Shown here one piece after another: positions 30,879 through 41,081 of a stretch of 64,000 nt of DNA (position 1 is its first letter; each line of letters begins with the position of its first letter). Below the pieces are notes generated by a model. The model was given only the letters and a program-made list of their open reading frames with translations, made no database searches and had not been told where the DNA came from. Both the position numbers and the translations under genes were made by a program. Where the stretch lies: contig JBBTQS010000001.1 of NCBI GenBank assembly GCA_038065555.1, forward strand, positions 256,741 through 320,740, written 5' to 3'. The DNA comes from Patescibacteria group bacterium. GTDB lineage: Bacteria; Patescibacteriota; Patescibacteriia; Magasanikbacterales; JBBTQS01.

Positions 30879-32966
30879 TTCGTAGAACCGAGCCAACTCT
30901 TCATCCTTCACAACCTTTGCAACCTGAATGGCAACCTGACGTGCCTGCTCTGTCATAGTCTCAGGTCGTCGTGTGCGCACTTCTCGGAACATTTCCGCCG
31001 ATGCCACAGCATCATCAAATGCGGCGTAGAGCATCGCTGCGCGCCAATACGACTGACCAACTGCAGGATCAAGTGCAATCGCTTCTTTCATTGCCGCTTC
31101 AGCCGCGGGCTTGTTACGCAGCACCAACTGCGCCTGCGCTACTTCATACAGGAGCTGCTGACGTTTGGGTGAAAGTGCCCGCGCCTGCTCTAACACCTGC
31201 AATACCATGAACTGACGAGCCGCATTGTTGGTAATAATCGCTTCCTGCTGCAACATCTGTGCGCGCAACACCGCGATACGCAATTCAAAAGGACGCTTTT
31301 GCAACTGCGCTTCTAAGTCAGGCAATACCACTGTGTAGGTTTCGGAGTGCAACGACTTGGCGAGCGCAGTTGACGCTTGTGTCGCTGCATTCAGGAACCG
31401 AACAAGTGCCGTTGCGAACTCGCGAGTAATATCATCGTCGTGCGGCGATTGATACGACTTCGCCTGTGCATACAACCGCATTGCTTCTCGTGTGAGTGGA
31501 ACTGCTTGTTGTGGGTTCTGGTTGGACCCAGCCAACATGAGATGCTGCAACGCGAGCAATGTTGACGCGTTTGCCTGCGCCGTACGCACATTTCCTTGAT
31601 AGATGAGCAGCACAGCAACAAGTACAGCGACAATCGCCACACCTGGCGCAGCGGTTCGCGTCGGCGACAATCGTGGGAGCTCCTGCTCACCCAACGCACT
31701 GCGCCGATCAATATAGGCAAGCAATACGAACCACGCGAGATACGAAGTCACATTATCGAACACAAAGAGATTGTGCACGAAATACGCAACCAGGAACATC
31801 TGCAACACGAGTGACTCTTCCCACGATTCCTTCCCAATGCGCACAGCACCAATATACGCGCACACGAAGAGCGCGAGGTATGCGACAAGCCCCACAACCC
31901 CCTGTGTCGTTAACGTATTGAAGACAATGTTATGGGCGTTATCAAACCACGTTTCTGAATCTCCAAACCGCAAGAATTCTGGATCAAAGTGTTCATTAAA
32001 TGCAAAGTAGAAGGTGTTGAGCCCCCATCCTTGGACCGGATGTTCCTTCCACGCCTCAATCGCCACGCTCCACGTCATAATACGCGTTCGCCCCGTACCC
32101 TCAGTCAACGACAAATGCGTCATGCGATTAAGGAATGGCTGGTTACGTATGACCGTGGTATCTCGAGCCAACCAGAGCCCTGCGAGCAACACTACAAACC
32201 CAACGCACGCAGCAAGTGTCCATTTGCGCACACGAGCATCCACCCCCTTCCGGAACAACACCAGGAGCATTCCCACAACAACAGCAACCGCCACACCAAT
32301 CATCGTACCGCGTGTCTTGGTCGGCAAAATTGTCGCAAGCGCAATCACACCTGAGATCGCCCACACCCATCGTAACTCGTTCGACTTCTCCTTCACCCAC
32401 AACACCGCGGCAATCGAAGCCAAGAACAGTGCATATCCACTCACATAGATCGTGTTGCCGAGCGTCGAACGCACGCGATCGCTCCCCTCATTGAGCAAAA
32501 AAAGTGGATTGCTCACCTGCAACCATGCAATCAACACAAATGGGAGGCCAATAATCAGAATCCAAATGAATAACGCACGCCATTCCTTCCACGTTCGGAA
32601 CACCTGACGACTCACGAAGTACAACGCAACATAATGAAAAATTGTGTACAAACCAAGCATGCGCTCATGATTGTCCCAGAGACTGCGACGCACATCCACA
32701 CTCCAAACCGTAGAGAGAATACCCGCCAAGATGAACCCAAGCACCGCATACAAAATCGGCGTACGTCGAATCTGCGAACGCTCAGTTGCATACAGCGCTA
32801 TATACCAAGCATACACCGCCGCAAGCAGTGTAATCATGACGCGCAAGAACAACACCTTTGGAACCACAAACGGAAACACGTACGATGCCGTTGTAACAAT
32901 CAGCGGTGTAATGAACGTGAGCGCTACACCAATTTGCAATATCCGCGTCAAAACTCGATGAGACAT
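30861..32966 (-). CDS. O-antigen ligase (Wzy_C)-like membrane protein with TPR tail, copy 3
   Basis: About 12 TMs; STLGN; TKTRG; GWG..F; DNAHN; TPR-like C-terminus. Confidence 0.85.
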   Translation of the reverse strand: MSHRVLTRILQIGVALTFITPLIVTTASYVFPFVVPKVLFLRVMITLLAAVYAWYIALYATERSQIRRTPILYAVLGFILAGILSTVWSVDVRRSLWDNHERMLGLYTIFHYVALYFVSRQVFRTWKEWRALFIWILIIGLPFVLIAWLQVSNPLFLLNEGSDRVRSTLGNTIYVSGYALFLASIAAVLWVKEKSNELRWVWAISGVIALATILPTKTRGTMIGVAVAVVVGMLLVLFRKGVDARVRKWTLAACVGFVVLLAGLWLARDTTVIRNQPFLNRMTHLSLTEGTGRTRIMTWSVAIEAWKEHPVQGWGLNTFYFAFNEHFDPEFLRFGDSETWFDNAHNIVFNTLTTQGVVGLVAYLALFVCAYIGAVRIGKESWEESLVLQMFLVAYFVHNLFVFDNVTSYLAWFVLLAYIDRRSALGEQELPRLSPTRTAAPGVAIVAVLVAVLLIYQGNVRTAQANASTLLALQHLMLAGSNQNPQQAVPLTREAMRLYAQAKSYQSPHDDDITREFATALVRFLNAATQASTALAKSLHSETYTVVLPDLEAQLQKRPFELRIAVLRAQMLQQEAIITNNAARQFMVLQVLEQARALSPKRQQLLYEVAQAQLVLRNKPAAEAAMKEAIALDPAVGQSYWRAAMLYAAFDDAVASAEMFREVRTRRPETMTEQARQVAIQVAKVVKDEELARFYELLVRD

Positions 32967-32976
32967 ACCGGCAAAA

Positions 32977-35196
32977 TTATTGGTCAAGTTCTTTAAGAAA
33001 TTGTTCTGCACCTTCACGATACGACGGATCCAACTCTATAGCACGAAGCGCTGCGTGACGAGCTTCAGCCTTGCGTCCCACCTGCCCATACGCAAGAGCA
33101 AGGCGTGACCACCACAGAGGCTCCAGTGGCAACTGCTGCACGACGATCTCATACAGATCCACGAGTCGATCATGCTTTTGCTTTTCCACCAGCACACGCG
33201 TCACCACTTCAACTTGCGCAGCAGTCTCGAACTGAAATCGCATATCCATTGCACGTTCCACATGCATGAGTCCCTCGTCAACAGTTGCTGGATCACTCAA
33301 AAGCGGGAACCCGTAATACCAATGCACCAACACCGTGTCCCCCGCCCGCTGAAGTGCCTCCTTCATCACGCGCGTTGCCTCGTCTTTTCGCTCCAGAGCC
33401 AACAACGCTTGTGCTTGAAGCAAATACCCTTCTTCGCGACTCGGACTCAGCGCCGTTGCTTCGCGGAAATACGCAAGTGCCCGCTCCAACAACGCCGTAT
33501 CATTACGCAATACTCCTACTTGATACTCCATTTTCCCAGCCATTACAATCAGGAGAACCGTACGAGGCTGTGACGCAAGAATTTCCTCAAGATTCGCCCT
33601 CACCCACGCAATATCCTTGTCAAACCATGCACGCACTTCCGGAGTCAACCCCTCAAGCGAATTATCCTTCGAATTGCCATGCACCATATCTGTCACCGAA
33701 CCAGCAGTCCAACGCCAACGCTCGAATTGATACGGCGTGTACCATGCATACGCATAATACAAATACTCACGCGCCCCACTCCAATTCCCCACATACGACA
33801 GTTGCAAACCATAGTTGGTCATTGATGCAGAAATAAGCGGAGTAATACTACCCCACAATACCGCAACACCAATAACAGCAGTACTCATCCAAAGTACAAC
33901 TTGCGGCACACGCCACGCATTACCCGCACGCCCAATCGCTAATCGCTGTTCCTGTGCTAACACCAACCCAACAAGCAACGCCACCGGCAAATACGTCCCT
34001 GGATTCTCGAACAAAAACACCATTTGGCCCAGATGCCCCACCCCTACTCCCACCAGAACTGCAACGAGCCCCGGACTCCACACATCCTCACATCGCGCTC
34101 GTATAAGCACACGAACCAGGCACACAACCACCGCAACAAATGCCACGAGACCCACAACACCACTGGTCGCCATGAGCTCCAGCACGTGACTGTGCGGCTT
34201 GTCGACATAGGACTCCACAAATGCAATTTCCGAAAGCGCGGGATTATAGAATGCATCACTCACCCGACGATAATTCTCCGGACCCCACCCAAAGATTGGC
34301 CGACCAAGGAATCCATCCCACGCCACACCCCAGTTAATTGCACGAGTAGAGAGCGACGTAACGCCCAGTAGACTTGTTGCCCACCCTCGAACCGCTGAAG
34401 ATTGTGTAAACACAAGCCCGGCCACAACTATCATGGCACCAACCACCCCCACGCCCCACAACACAACTGCGCGAGTAATTCGTTGTCGCTGCAACACAAT
34501 CCACACTCCCATTCCAGCAACAACTCCAGCAGCCAGACCAACATATGTTCCACGTGCCTGAGCCATAATCAACGCAACTGCCGCGAGCACCACGAACACT
34601 CCAGCAATCCCACGCCAGCGTCGTCGGTCCTGCGCAATAATCACCCCCGCAATACCAAGATGAAGCAATAGGTACGATGCAAAAAGCACAGGATTACCAA
34701 GTGTACTTCCAATACGCACCGCCGAAACATTTGGAACAAGCGACGGGAACCACCACTGCAAAATACCAACGACAGCAACAACACTCGCCGCCCACACACT
34801 CACGCGCAATACCCGAGCTCGCGATTCAGCTGAAAAAAGTGGCGAAGCAAACACCAAGAGCGCACCCAAAATGTGCAACTGATACCACAACCCCGTCGAG
34901 CGAGCCATATCACTCCACAGACTCTGCCACCAATCCACCCCAACTACCGCGCACAACAACTGCACGACAAAGAAGACTACAATAGCGATCAGAAGCGGCG
35001 ACCAACGCAACCGCAACGACGGCTCACGATACCACACCCACACACTCGCCCCAACCATCACAGATACAACCGTCTGCAATACCATCGCCTGCACAAAGGA
35101 CAGTGGATACAAAGACAATGGAAAGTAAAACAGCGGCACCCACACCAACACATACGCACACCACAGTATCACCCGATGTAACATCTTAGTACTCAT
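32977..35196 (-). CDS. O-antigen ligase (Wzy_C)-like membrane protein with TPR tail, copy 2
   Basis: STLGNP; QARG; GWGPENY; DKPHS; TPRs. Confidence 0.85.
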   Translation of the reverse strand: MSTKMLHRVILWCAYVLVWVPLFYFPLSLYPLSFVQAMVLQTVVSVMVGASVWVWYREPSLRLRWSPLLIAIVVFFVVQLLCAVVGVDWWQSLWSDMARSTGLWYQLHILGALLVFASPLFSAESRARVLRVSVWAASVVAVVGILQWWFPSLVPNVSAVRIGSTLGNPVLFASYLLLHLGIAGVIIAQDRRRWRGIAGVFVVLAAVALIMAQARGTYVGLAAGVVAGMGVWIVLQRQRITRAVVLWGVGVVGAMIVVAGLVFTQSSAVRGWATSLLGVTSLSTRAINWGVAWDGFLGRPIFGWGPENYRRVSDAFYNPALSEIAFVESYVDKPHSHVLELMATSGVVGLVAFVAVVVCLVRVLIRARCEDVWSPGLVAVLVGVGVGHLGQMVFLFENPGTYLPVALLVGLVLAQEQRLAIGRAGNAWRVPQVVLWMSTAVIGVAVLWGSITPLISASMTNYGLQLSYVGNWSGAREYLYYAYAWYTPYQFERWRWTAGSVTDMVHGNSKDNSLEGLTPEVRAWFDKDIAWVRANLEEILASQPRTVLLIVMAGKMEYQVGVLRNDTALLERALAYFREATALSPSREEGYLLQAQALLALERKDEATRVMKEALQRAGDTVLVHWYYGFPLLSDPATVDEGLMHVERAMDMRFQFETAAQVEVVTRVLVEKQKHDRLVDLYEIVVQQLPLEPLWWSRLALAYGQVGRKAEARHAALRAIELDPSYREGAEQFLKELDQ

Positions 35197-37073
35197 AGTA
35201 TCGGAAAACGTGTTCCAAGAGCCTCACCATCGCGCTTCACTTCTTCAGCTTTTTCTGGCTGATCAGCAACACGATACGCAAGATACAAATACAGATACGT
35301 CTCGCGAACACCTGGAGCATCAGCACGCACTGCCTCAAGACGTGTGATAGCATCCGCAACACGATTTGTACCAATCAAGAACTCACTCTCCGCATACGCG
35401 GGATACGGATGACGAGGTGCCAACGCCTGCGCTTGTGCAAATGTTCGCTGTGCCAAATCTATCCAATCATTCCCATTACTCTGCGCTTGTTGCGCATAGA
35501 ACTGTGCGAGGAGATATGTTCGATAGAACCGAGTTCCGTCCTGCGTACACCGCGGTGCAGCTCGCTCCAGATCACGCGCCGTGCGCACACGAATATCAGC
35601 AGCTATACGATCACTCCCCGCAACTGCCACCCACGTTTGCATCGCCTTCTCCCACAACACACACGATGCAGGCACAGCATCATCTGCACTGCGCGTGACC
35701 TCTTCCATCCACGGGAACCAGCGCCCTGCGGCACGCGCATCCTCCGCACGAGTGTACGACGCAAATGCGCTCATCTGCGCCACAACACCATACAAACTCC
35801 ACACAACCAACACTCCTGCAACGCCAATCACCGCACGGTGTCGAACATTCGCCACAGGCAATACCTTGCGTACTCGTGGCACCGCGATCACACTTCCCAC
35901 AATGATCCAAAAAAACGCTGCGACAATCGGTTGCTCCGGTGTGAACAAAAGATACATCCCATACGCACCCACCATTCCAAATAACGCTGGCGACACACGC
36001 CATGCAATCAACAACACCATAGCAAACAACGCAATCCACACAACAAGTCCAACAATACCCATCTCCACAGCAACCATCAATACTGCGTTATGCGCGTCAT
36101 CGTTGAACGCCTCACTTCCTGCATACACCAGACTCTCAGGATTGAACCGTGCAGCAAACACTTCAGGATACGCGCCCCGTCCCCACCCAAACCATGGTCG
36201 ATCCTGAATCCCCTCCCACGCACCACGCCACTGCAACAATCGCGTCTGCGATGTCACTGCCGACGGAGCAATCTGCAATGCTCGTGGCACACCCCAGGAG
36301 GCTGGAACAAATTGCAGCGCAACAAAGAGCAACACAATGGCACCAACACCACCCCCGATACGCAGTGCCCGAACGCGCTCCATATGCGCAACCATCCACA
36401 AACTCGCCATGACTATTCCTACAATCAATCCTAGCAATCCAGCACGACTATCCGTTGCAACAAGCGCACTCACTTGCACCAACGCTGCAGCAATCCACCA
36501 TCCACGAACAGCCGCATGGGCACGTACATACGCTATACCCGTTGCCCCCAATGCAACGAGCAAAAATCCAGCAAGAAATGAAGCATTTCCAAAACTTGAA
36601 ATTACACTTCCAGTCGATCCAATCCACACCCATCCAGGGAATACATTTCCCAACCAACCCAGTACTGCCACAACAACCCCCATTCCAGCAATCACACGCA
36701 CCAATCGATCGCGCCACACCTGCGTACACAATGATACCGCCAACAATGACCCACCAACTGCATGCACCCAAATCCACCATCCATTTGCACGTAACAGCGA
36801 TCCCCATCCGACCATTTCTCCACCCCGCGTCGCAATACCAAGTAACACCAGATACCCCAACACAATCCACCACAAATACTTGCTCATCCGCGCAGAACCG
36901 AGGTCAGCGTCAACATGAACACCTCGGCGCATCTGCGTAATTACAACCCAAAGAAATCCCAAATCCAAAAGCCCCATCATTGCCAACACCTTTGGTGTCA
37001 AATGCGCCTCAGGCAACGATGGCGCCACCAACAATGGCACACTTACCGCAAGTACAATAAGAAAAATACCCAT
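35193..37073 (-). CDS. O-antigen ligase (Wzy_C)-like membrane protein with TPR tail, copy 1
   Basis: SFGNASF; TDSRAG; GWG; DDAHN; TPRs. Confidence 0.85.
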   Translation of the reverse strand: MGIFLIVLAVSVPLLVAPSLPEAHLTPKVLAMMGLLDLGFLWVVITQMRRGVHVDADLGSARMSKYLWWIVLGYLVLLGIATRGGEMVGWGSLLRANGWWIWVHAVGGSLLAVSLCTQVWRDRLVRVIAGMGVVVAVLGWLGNVFPGWVWIGSTGSVISSFGNASFLAGFLLVALGATGIAYVRAHAAVRGWWIAAALVQVSALVATDSRAGLLGLIVGIVMASLWMVAHMERVRALRIGGGVGAIVLLFVALQFVPASWGVPRALQIAPSAVTSQTRLLQWRGAWEGIQDRPWFGWGRGAYPEVFAARFNPESLVYAGSEAFNDDAHNAVLMVAVEMGIVGLVVWIALFAMVLLIAWRVSPALFGMVGAYGMYLLFTPEQPIVAAFFWIIVGSVIAVPRVRKVLPVANVRHRAVIGVAGVLVVWSLYGVVAQMSAFASYTRAEDARAAGRWFPWMEEVTRSADDAVPASCVLWEKAMQTWVAVAGSDRIAADIRVRTARDLERAAPRCTQDGTRFYRTYLLAQFYAQQAQSNGNDWIDLAQRTFAQAQALAPRHPYPAYAESEFLIGTNRVADAITRLEAVRADAPGVRETYLYLYLAYRVADQPEKAEEVKRDGEALGTRFPIL

Positions 37074-37133
37074 AGAAAATACTACACACCACTATACCCC
37101 GACACACCCCGCTCTGTTAAGAGCCACACAATA

Positions 37134-37165
37134 ACAAAACCCCCCAGTTTCCCGGGGAGTTTTGT
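37134..37165. terminator. Terminator downstream of the S-layer-like gene
   Basis: ACAAAAC-CCCCC..GGGG-AGTTTTGT inverted repeat. Confidence 0.7.
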
Positions 37166-37215
37166 TTTGGATGAGGTCATTCCTCTTGCGAGGAAGCCGC
37201 AACCGCTAACCTAGA

Positions 37216-40200
37216 TTAGTAGGTAAGCGTCTTGCCAGAGAATGGCAAGCCACCGAGACCGGAAGCTGTTGGCTTGAGGTCGTAGATAGCTGCGGTGTAA
37301 CCGTCAGTCCAAGTAATACCGCTCACAGCTGTCGAGCCACCGGAGGTACCTCCAACAGCGAGACCGATCGTGAGAGTATTGTTCGAAGCTGCGTCATCCG
37401 TGTCCATCGTGACGATAACCGTCTTGCTGGAACCAGATGGGACTTCCAAATCGGTGAAGGAAGCTTCAGCGATGTTGGTGTCATCCATCGAGCTGCCCAA
37501 GTCGCCAGACGAGAGCGTACTTACGTACGAAGTCGAAGCGAGGAGGTTACCCGAAGAGATGCTGTCCTTGTAGATCTTGATTTCACGAGCAGCGTGAGCA
37601 GCAGCTGCGGAGATCGAGGTGTCAACCTTGAGGTTGAGCAACTTGATCGTAGCGGACTGGTTGTTCACGTTTGCTGGGTTAGTGAAGACCCACTTAGCAA
37701 CTGTCTTGTCGTCACCCTTCGAAGTAGCGCCTGATGGTGCGTCCGAAGCGTGAGCGATGCTCAAGTTAGCCTTGAGAGGGTGCTTTGCCGTAGCAACAAT
37801 GCGCATGCTGTCGCCGGTCAAACCAGTGAAGGTTGTGATCGAAGCGCCAGATTCTGCACCGCGTGCAACGATAGAAGCGGAGTTGCTGCTGTCATAGCCG
37901 TACAAGAGACCTGCGAAGAACGTAGAGCTCGAGAAGCTATCTGGCGAACCAGTGATGTCAGCAACAAGGCGAAGCGTCTTGCTCGAGTTCTTTGGAACTA
38001 CGAGGTTAAGACCAGTGAACGTAGCGTACGCGGTCGAGGTTGCATATACAGCCGTCGAAGTCGCGCTTGCTGTTGCAAGGCTTGATACTGCGGAACCAAC
38101 CATTGTGTCACCGTCCATAAGGCGGAGGTTGCCAACAACACCAGTGGTGCTGGTAGCGAACAACGTCATGATGGATGGGGTGAGCTCGCTGATTGTCACG
38201 CCTTCTTCCTTACCTGCAGAGAACTTGAAGCGTCCAAGTTCAACGTCGGTGGAACCCATCGTTACGTAGTGCTCAGCTGTAGAGTCTGAAGCAAGAGCAA
38301 CGGTGAGAGAGCCAGACGATGCAACGTAAACGTTCTGGAGACCTGCGGACAAGGTAGCGGTACCACTCTGAGACGTCTCAAGTGTCTGGTAGGACACAGA
38401 AGATGGGTAGAGAATACCGTTCGTGTCTGCATTGATGTTTGCGCTAGAACCACCGGTCACGTCAGCAAGTACATCAACTACGTACGTCTCACCCTTTGCG
38501 AGCACGATAGGTGTCGTGAGGGTGTAGTCGTATGTGTCGGATGCGCCTGTTGTCAACGTGCCCTTAACGCCCGCGATGTCAGCACCATTGTGCTGGAGGC
38601 GGAGGTTGGAGAAGACTGCAGAGAGACCACCAGTTACATCAGCCTTTACGGTGATGTTGGTAATCTTTGCACCTTCGCCAGATCCTGCCTTTACCACGAA
38701 CGAGCTGATGCGTGCACTCTTGGTGCTCGATACAGCAGTTGGGTTCACAGAGCTACCATCAGCAACCGTCAAGTTCTCAGACAAAGTCGGAACTGACGAT
38801 GCGAAAGTAAGGCTGTAAGCCGTAGCAGCAGCAGTGCTGATCGACGTAAGAGAGGTCTTAGCCTGAGCGTTAGCAGAGCCAGCGCGGACTACAACCTGTA
38901 CTGTGTCGCCAGCCACAACCGAAGTATCGGTGGTGTCAGCAGTAACTACGAGCTTGCCAGTCGTACCTGGGGTCACAACAAAGTTGTTGGAGAACGTGTA
39001 GTCTGCGTCCAAGCTGGTGTTGTTACCAGAGGTCGAAGAAGCTACAGCTGTACCAACCTGTACACCGTTAAGGAAAAGCTTAACGTTCTTGTACGCGTTG
39101 TTGGAGGATCCTGCGAGGTAGAGAGACATGCTGTCAACCTTCACAGCTTCACCAGCTGCAACGAGGTCAAACGTTGCGAGGTTGACGCCAGTAGCGCCAG
39201 TCGCAATGTTGTTCTTCGTTGATTCGGTAGCTGGAGTGATTGTGAGCGTACCTGTGTTGATCGTCGTCTGTGCGGTGGTCTGAATGGAGAACGCCGTCGT
39301 ATTGAGGGTTACCACTGGAGCGTACACACCGTACTGAAGATCCCATGCAGTTACATCATTTTCTTCCTGAACCGAGAACTGGAAGTTACGGTTGGTACCG
39401 CCAACTACTGTTCCGTAGAGGTCCAAGAACTTCGACTGACCAGCAGTGATCTTGAGACCACCGTCTGCAGAGTTGGTGAAGTCGAACGTGAGCTTGTTGT
39501 TTCCAAGATCAGCGTACGTTGCACCAAACTGCGTGCCAGCAACAGTCAACTTGATGTTCTTGATGTCGGAAGCGCTTACCGAACCAATCTGTGTGAAGGT
39601 AATACGCTTCACAAGGAGGTTCTGATCTGTAGCAAGGATCTTGAACTTAGCAAGTTCCTTGTCTGCAGATGCGTTTGCATCCATGGTTGTAGCAGATACT
39701 GGGGACGATGTAGCAACCTGGAGATAGCCGAGGTCAGTGACCGTAGCAATCGTCATGTTGTTTCCAACAGCCGAACCAGATGCTGCACCGGACTTCACTT
39801 CAGCAGCGTTCACGGTAAAACCAACGGTTGTACCAGTGCTTGCTGACTTGTTGATGTTTGCCTTCACCCAAATGGTCTTGGTCTGGCCAGCTGGAACGGT
39901 GAAAATACCGTTCGAGTTGCTCCAGGTTACCTTGCCGCTCGAGATAGAAGAGGACTCTGCAAGAATAGTCTCGCCGTCCATGAGCATTACTTCATCAACA
40001 TCGCTGTCCTTCGAGATACCTGTGCGAGTTGCAGTAACCATAGTTACTACAGCCTCTGCACCCACTGCGGAGAAGCGTACAGCCGTCATTGGGGCCATGC
40101 GCTGTCCGAGCGTAGCGCTAGCTGTTGTGTCAACCACAACGGAACCAGCTGCTGGTGTAGCGGAGTCGAGCGAAATTGTCAACGTCGTTGGAGCTGTTGG

Positions 40201-40914
40201 CGAGACTGGCGTACCGCCTGTCTGTGCCGTGTCTGCAACGTCGCTAGCGCCAAGAGCTGAACCAGCGGTCAAGCCAGCGAGAGATCCAGTTACAACGAAC
40301 TTCGTGTTGAAGTGGTTGCTTGTGAATGCTGCATCGCTCACCATGCGCTTCATGTTGCCCTCAACGTAGTACTTAGAAGCTCCGTCCATCACAACTGCAC
40401 CTGTTGGGTACACGCCTGCTGTAGCAAGCTCTGCACCAGTGGTGTAGTTCGTGAAGAATGCGTCTGAGACGTCGATTACCGACTTGCCCCAGTTAGCACC
40501 CCAAAGAGACTTAGCAACTTCTTCGGTCTTTACCCAGCGCAATACGCCCTTAGGCTCTACTGCGTATACCTTTGGATCCGTCGTGATTTTCACGAGGAAG
40601 GTACCAGGGCGCACTACAATGTTTCCTGCAAGTGGTACTGCTGCCAATTCGTCAGCCGATACCACGGTTACGCCGTTGAAGTTTGGATACCAAGCTTCAA
40701 AGGTCTTTTGTGACGGGAAGGTGTAGCGGCCGTTATTCATGTAGTAGTACACCGTCGAGAGATCCGCACGCTTGATCAACATTCCGTTGGTCAAGGTTGC
40801 TGCTGAAGCGGTCAATGGGGCTACCATTGCTGCAAATCCAACAGCCCAGAGGATCGTCGCGGTCGCTACTACATACGTAGCGGACTGCTTCACCATTCTC
40901 ACTGCATCTGTCAT
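37216..40914 (-). CDS. Major S-layer-like surface protein
   Basis: 1232 aa; signal peptide ending ASA; N-terminal repeat VRPGTFLVKITTDPKVYAVEP; Ser/Thr/Ala/Gly-rich tandem beta domains; no Cys; codon choices suggest high expression. Confidence 0.8.
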   Translation of the reverse strand: MTDAVRMVKQSATYVVATATILWAVGFAAMVAPLTASAATLTNGMLIKRADLSTVYYYMNNGRYTFPSQKTFEAWYPNFNGVTVVSADELAAVPLAGNIVVRPGTFLVKITTDPKVYAVEPKGVLRWVKTEEVAKSLWGANWGKSVIDVSDAFFTNYTTGAELATAGVYPTGAVVMDGASKYYVEGNMKRMVSDAAFTSNHFNTKFVVTGSLAGLTAGSALGASDVADTAQTGGTPVSPTAPTTLTISLDSATPAAGSVVVDTTASATLGQRMAPMTAVRFSAVGAEAVVTMVTATRTGISKDSDVDEVMLMDGETILAESSSISSGKVTWSNSNGIFTVPAGQTKTIWVKANINKSASTGTTVGFTVNAAEVKSGAASGSAVGNNMTIATVTDLGYLQVATSSPVSATTMDANASADKELAKFKILATDQNLLVKRITFTQIGSVSASDIKNIKLTVAGTQFGATYADLGNNKLTFDFTNSADGGLKITAGQSKFLDLYGTVVGGTNRNFQFSVQEENDVTAWDLQYGVYAPVVTLNTTAFSIQTTAQTTINTGTLTITPATESTKNNIATGATGVNLATFDLVAAGEAVKVDSMSLYLAGSSNNAYKNVKLFLNGVQVGTAVASSTSGNNTSLDADYTFSNNFVVTPGTTGKLVVTADTTDTSVVAGDTVQVVVRAGSANAQAKTSLTSISTAAATAYSLTFASSVPTLSENLTVADGSSVNPTAVSSTKSARISSFVVKAGSGEGAKITNITVKADVTGGLSAVFSNLRLQHNGADIAGVKGTLTTGASDTYDYTLTTPIVLAKGETYVVDVLADVTGGSSANINADTNGILYPSSVSYQTLETSQSGTATLSAGLQNVYVASSGSLTVALASDSTAEHYVTMGSTDVELGRFKFSAGKEEGVTISELTPSIMTLFATSTTGVVGNLRLMDGDTMVGSAVSSLATASATSTAVYATSTAYATFTGLNLVVPKNSSKTLRLVADITGSPDSFSSSTFFAGLLYGYDSSNSASIVARGAESGASITTFTGLTGDSMRIVATAKHPLKANLSIAHASDAPSGATSKGDDKTVAKWVFTNPANVNNQSATIKLLNLKVDTSISAAAAHAAREIKIYKDSISSGNLLASTSYVSTLSSGDLGSSMDDTNIAEASFTDLEVPSGSSKTVIVTMDTDDAASNNTLTIGLAVGGTSGGSTAVSGITWTDGYTAAIYDLKPTASGLGGLPFSGKTLTY

Positions 40915-40946
40915 AAGAATGATTACTTTCTATTAATTGCACTTAC

Positions 40947-41066
40947 CTGTGACCACCGCACTCGCGGTGTCGACCCTAATGAGTCACAGTCCTCGGTATC
41001 CTTATCGCGAGACAAGGGATACACACGAGCCTGTCGCCGTCCGGGGCATCGCCGGGTGCGGCAGGC
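40947..41066 (-). promoter_or_regulatory. Three-hairpin structured leader/intergenic RNA upstream of the S-layer-like gene
   Basis: CTGTGAC/GTCACAG enclosing CACCGC/GCGGTG; GTATCCCT/AGGGATAC-type stem; GCCTGTCGC/GCGGCAGGC. Confidence 0.6.
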
Positions 41067-41081
41067 AGCGTGTATATCTCT

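Noticed and set aside
30861-37073. Extreme C/A richness of the plus strand
   Set aside because: Explained by Val/Gly/Trp-rich membrane proteins on the minus strand plus window-wide replication skew.
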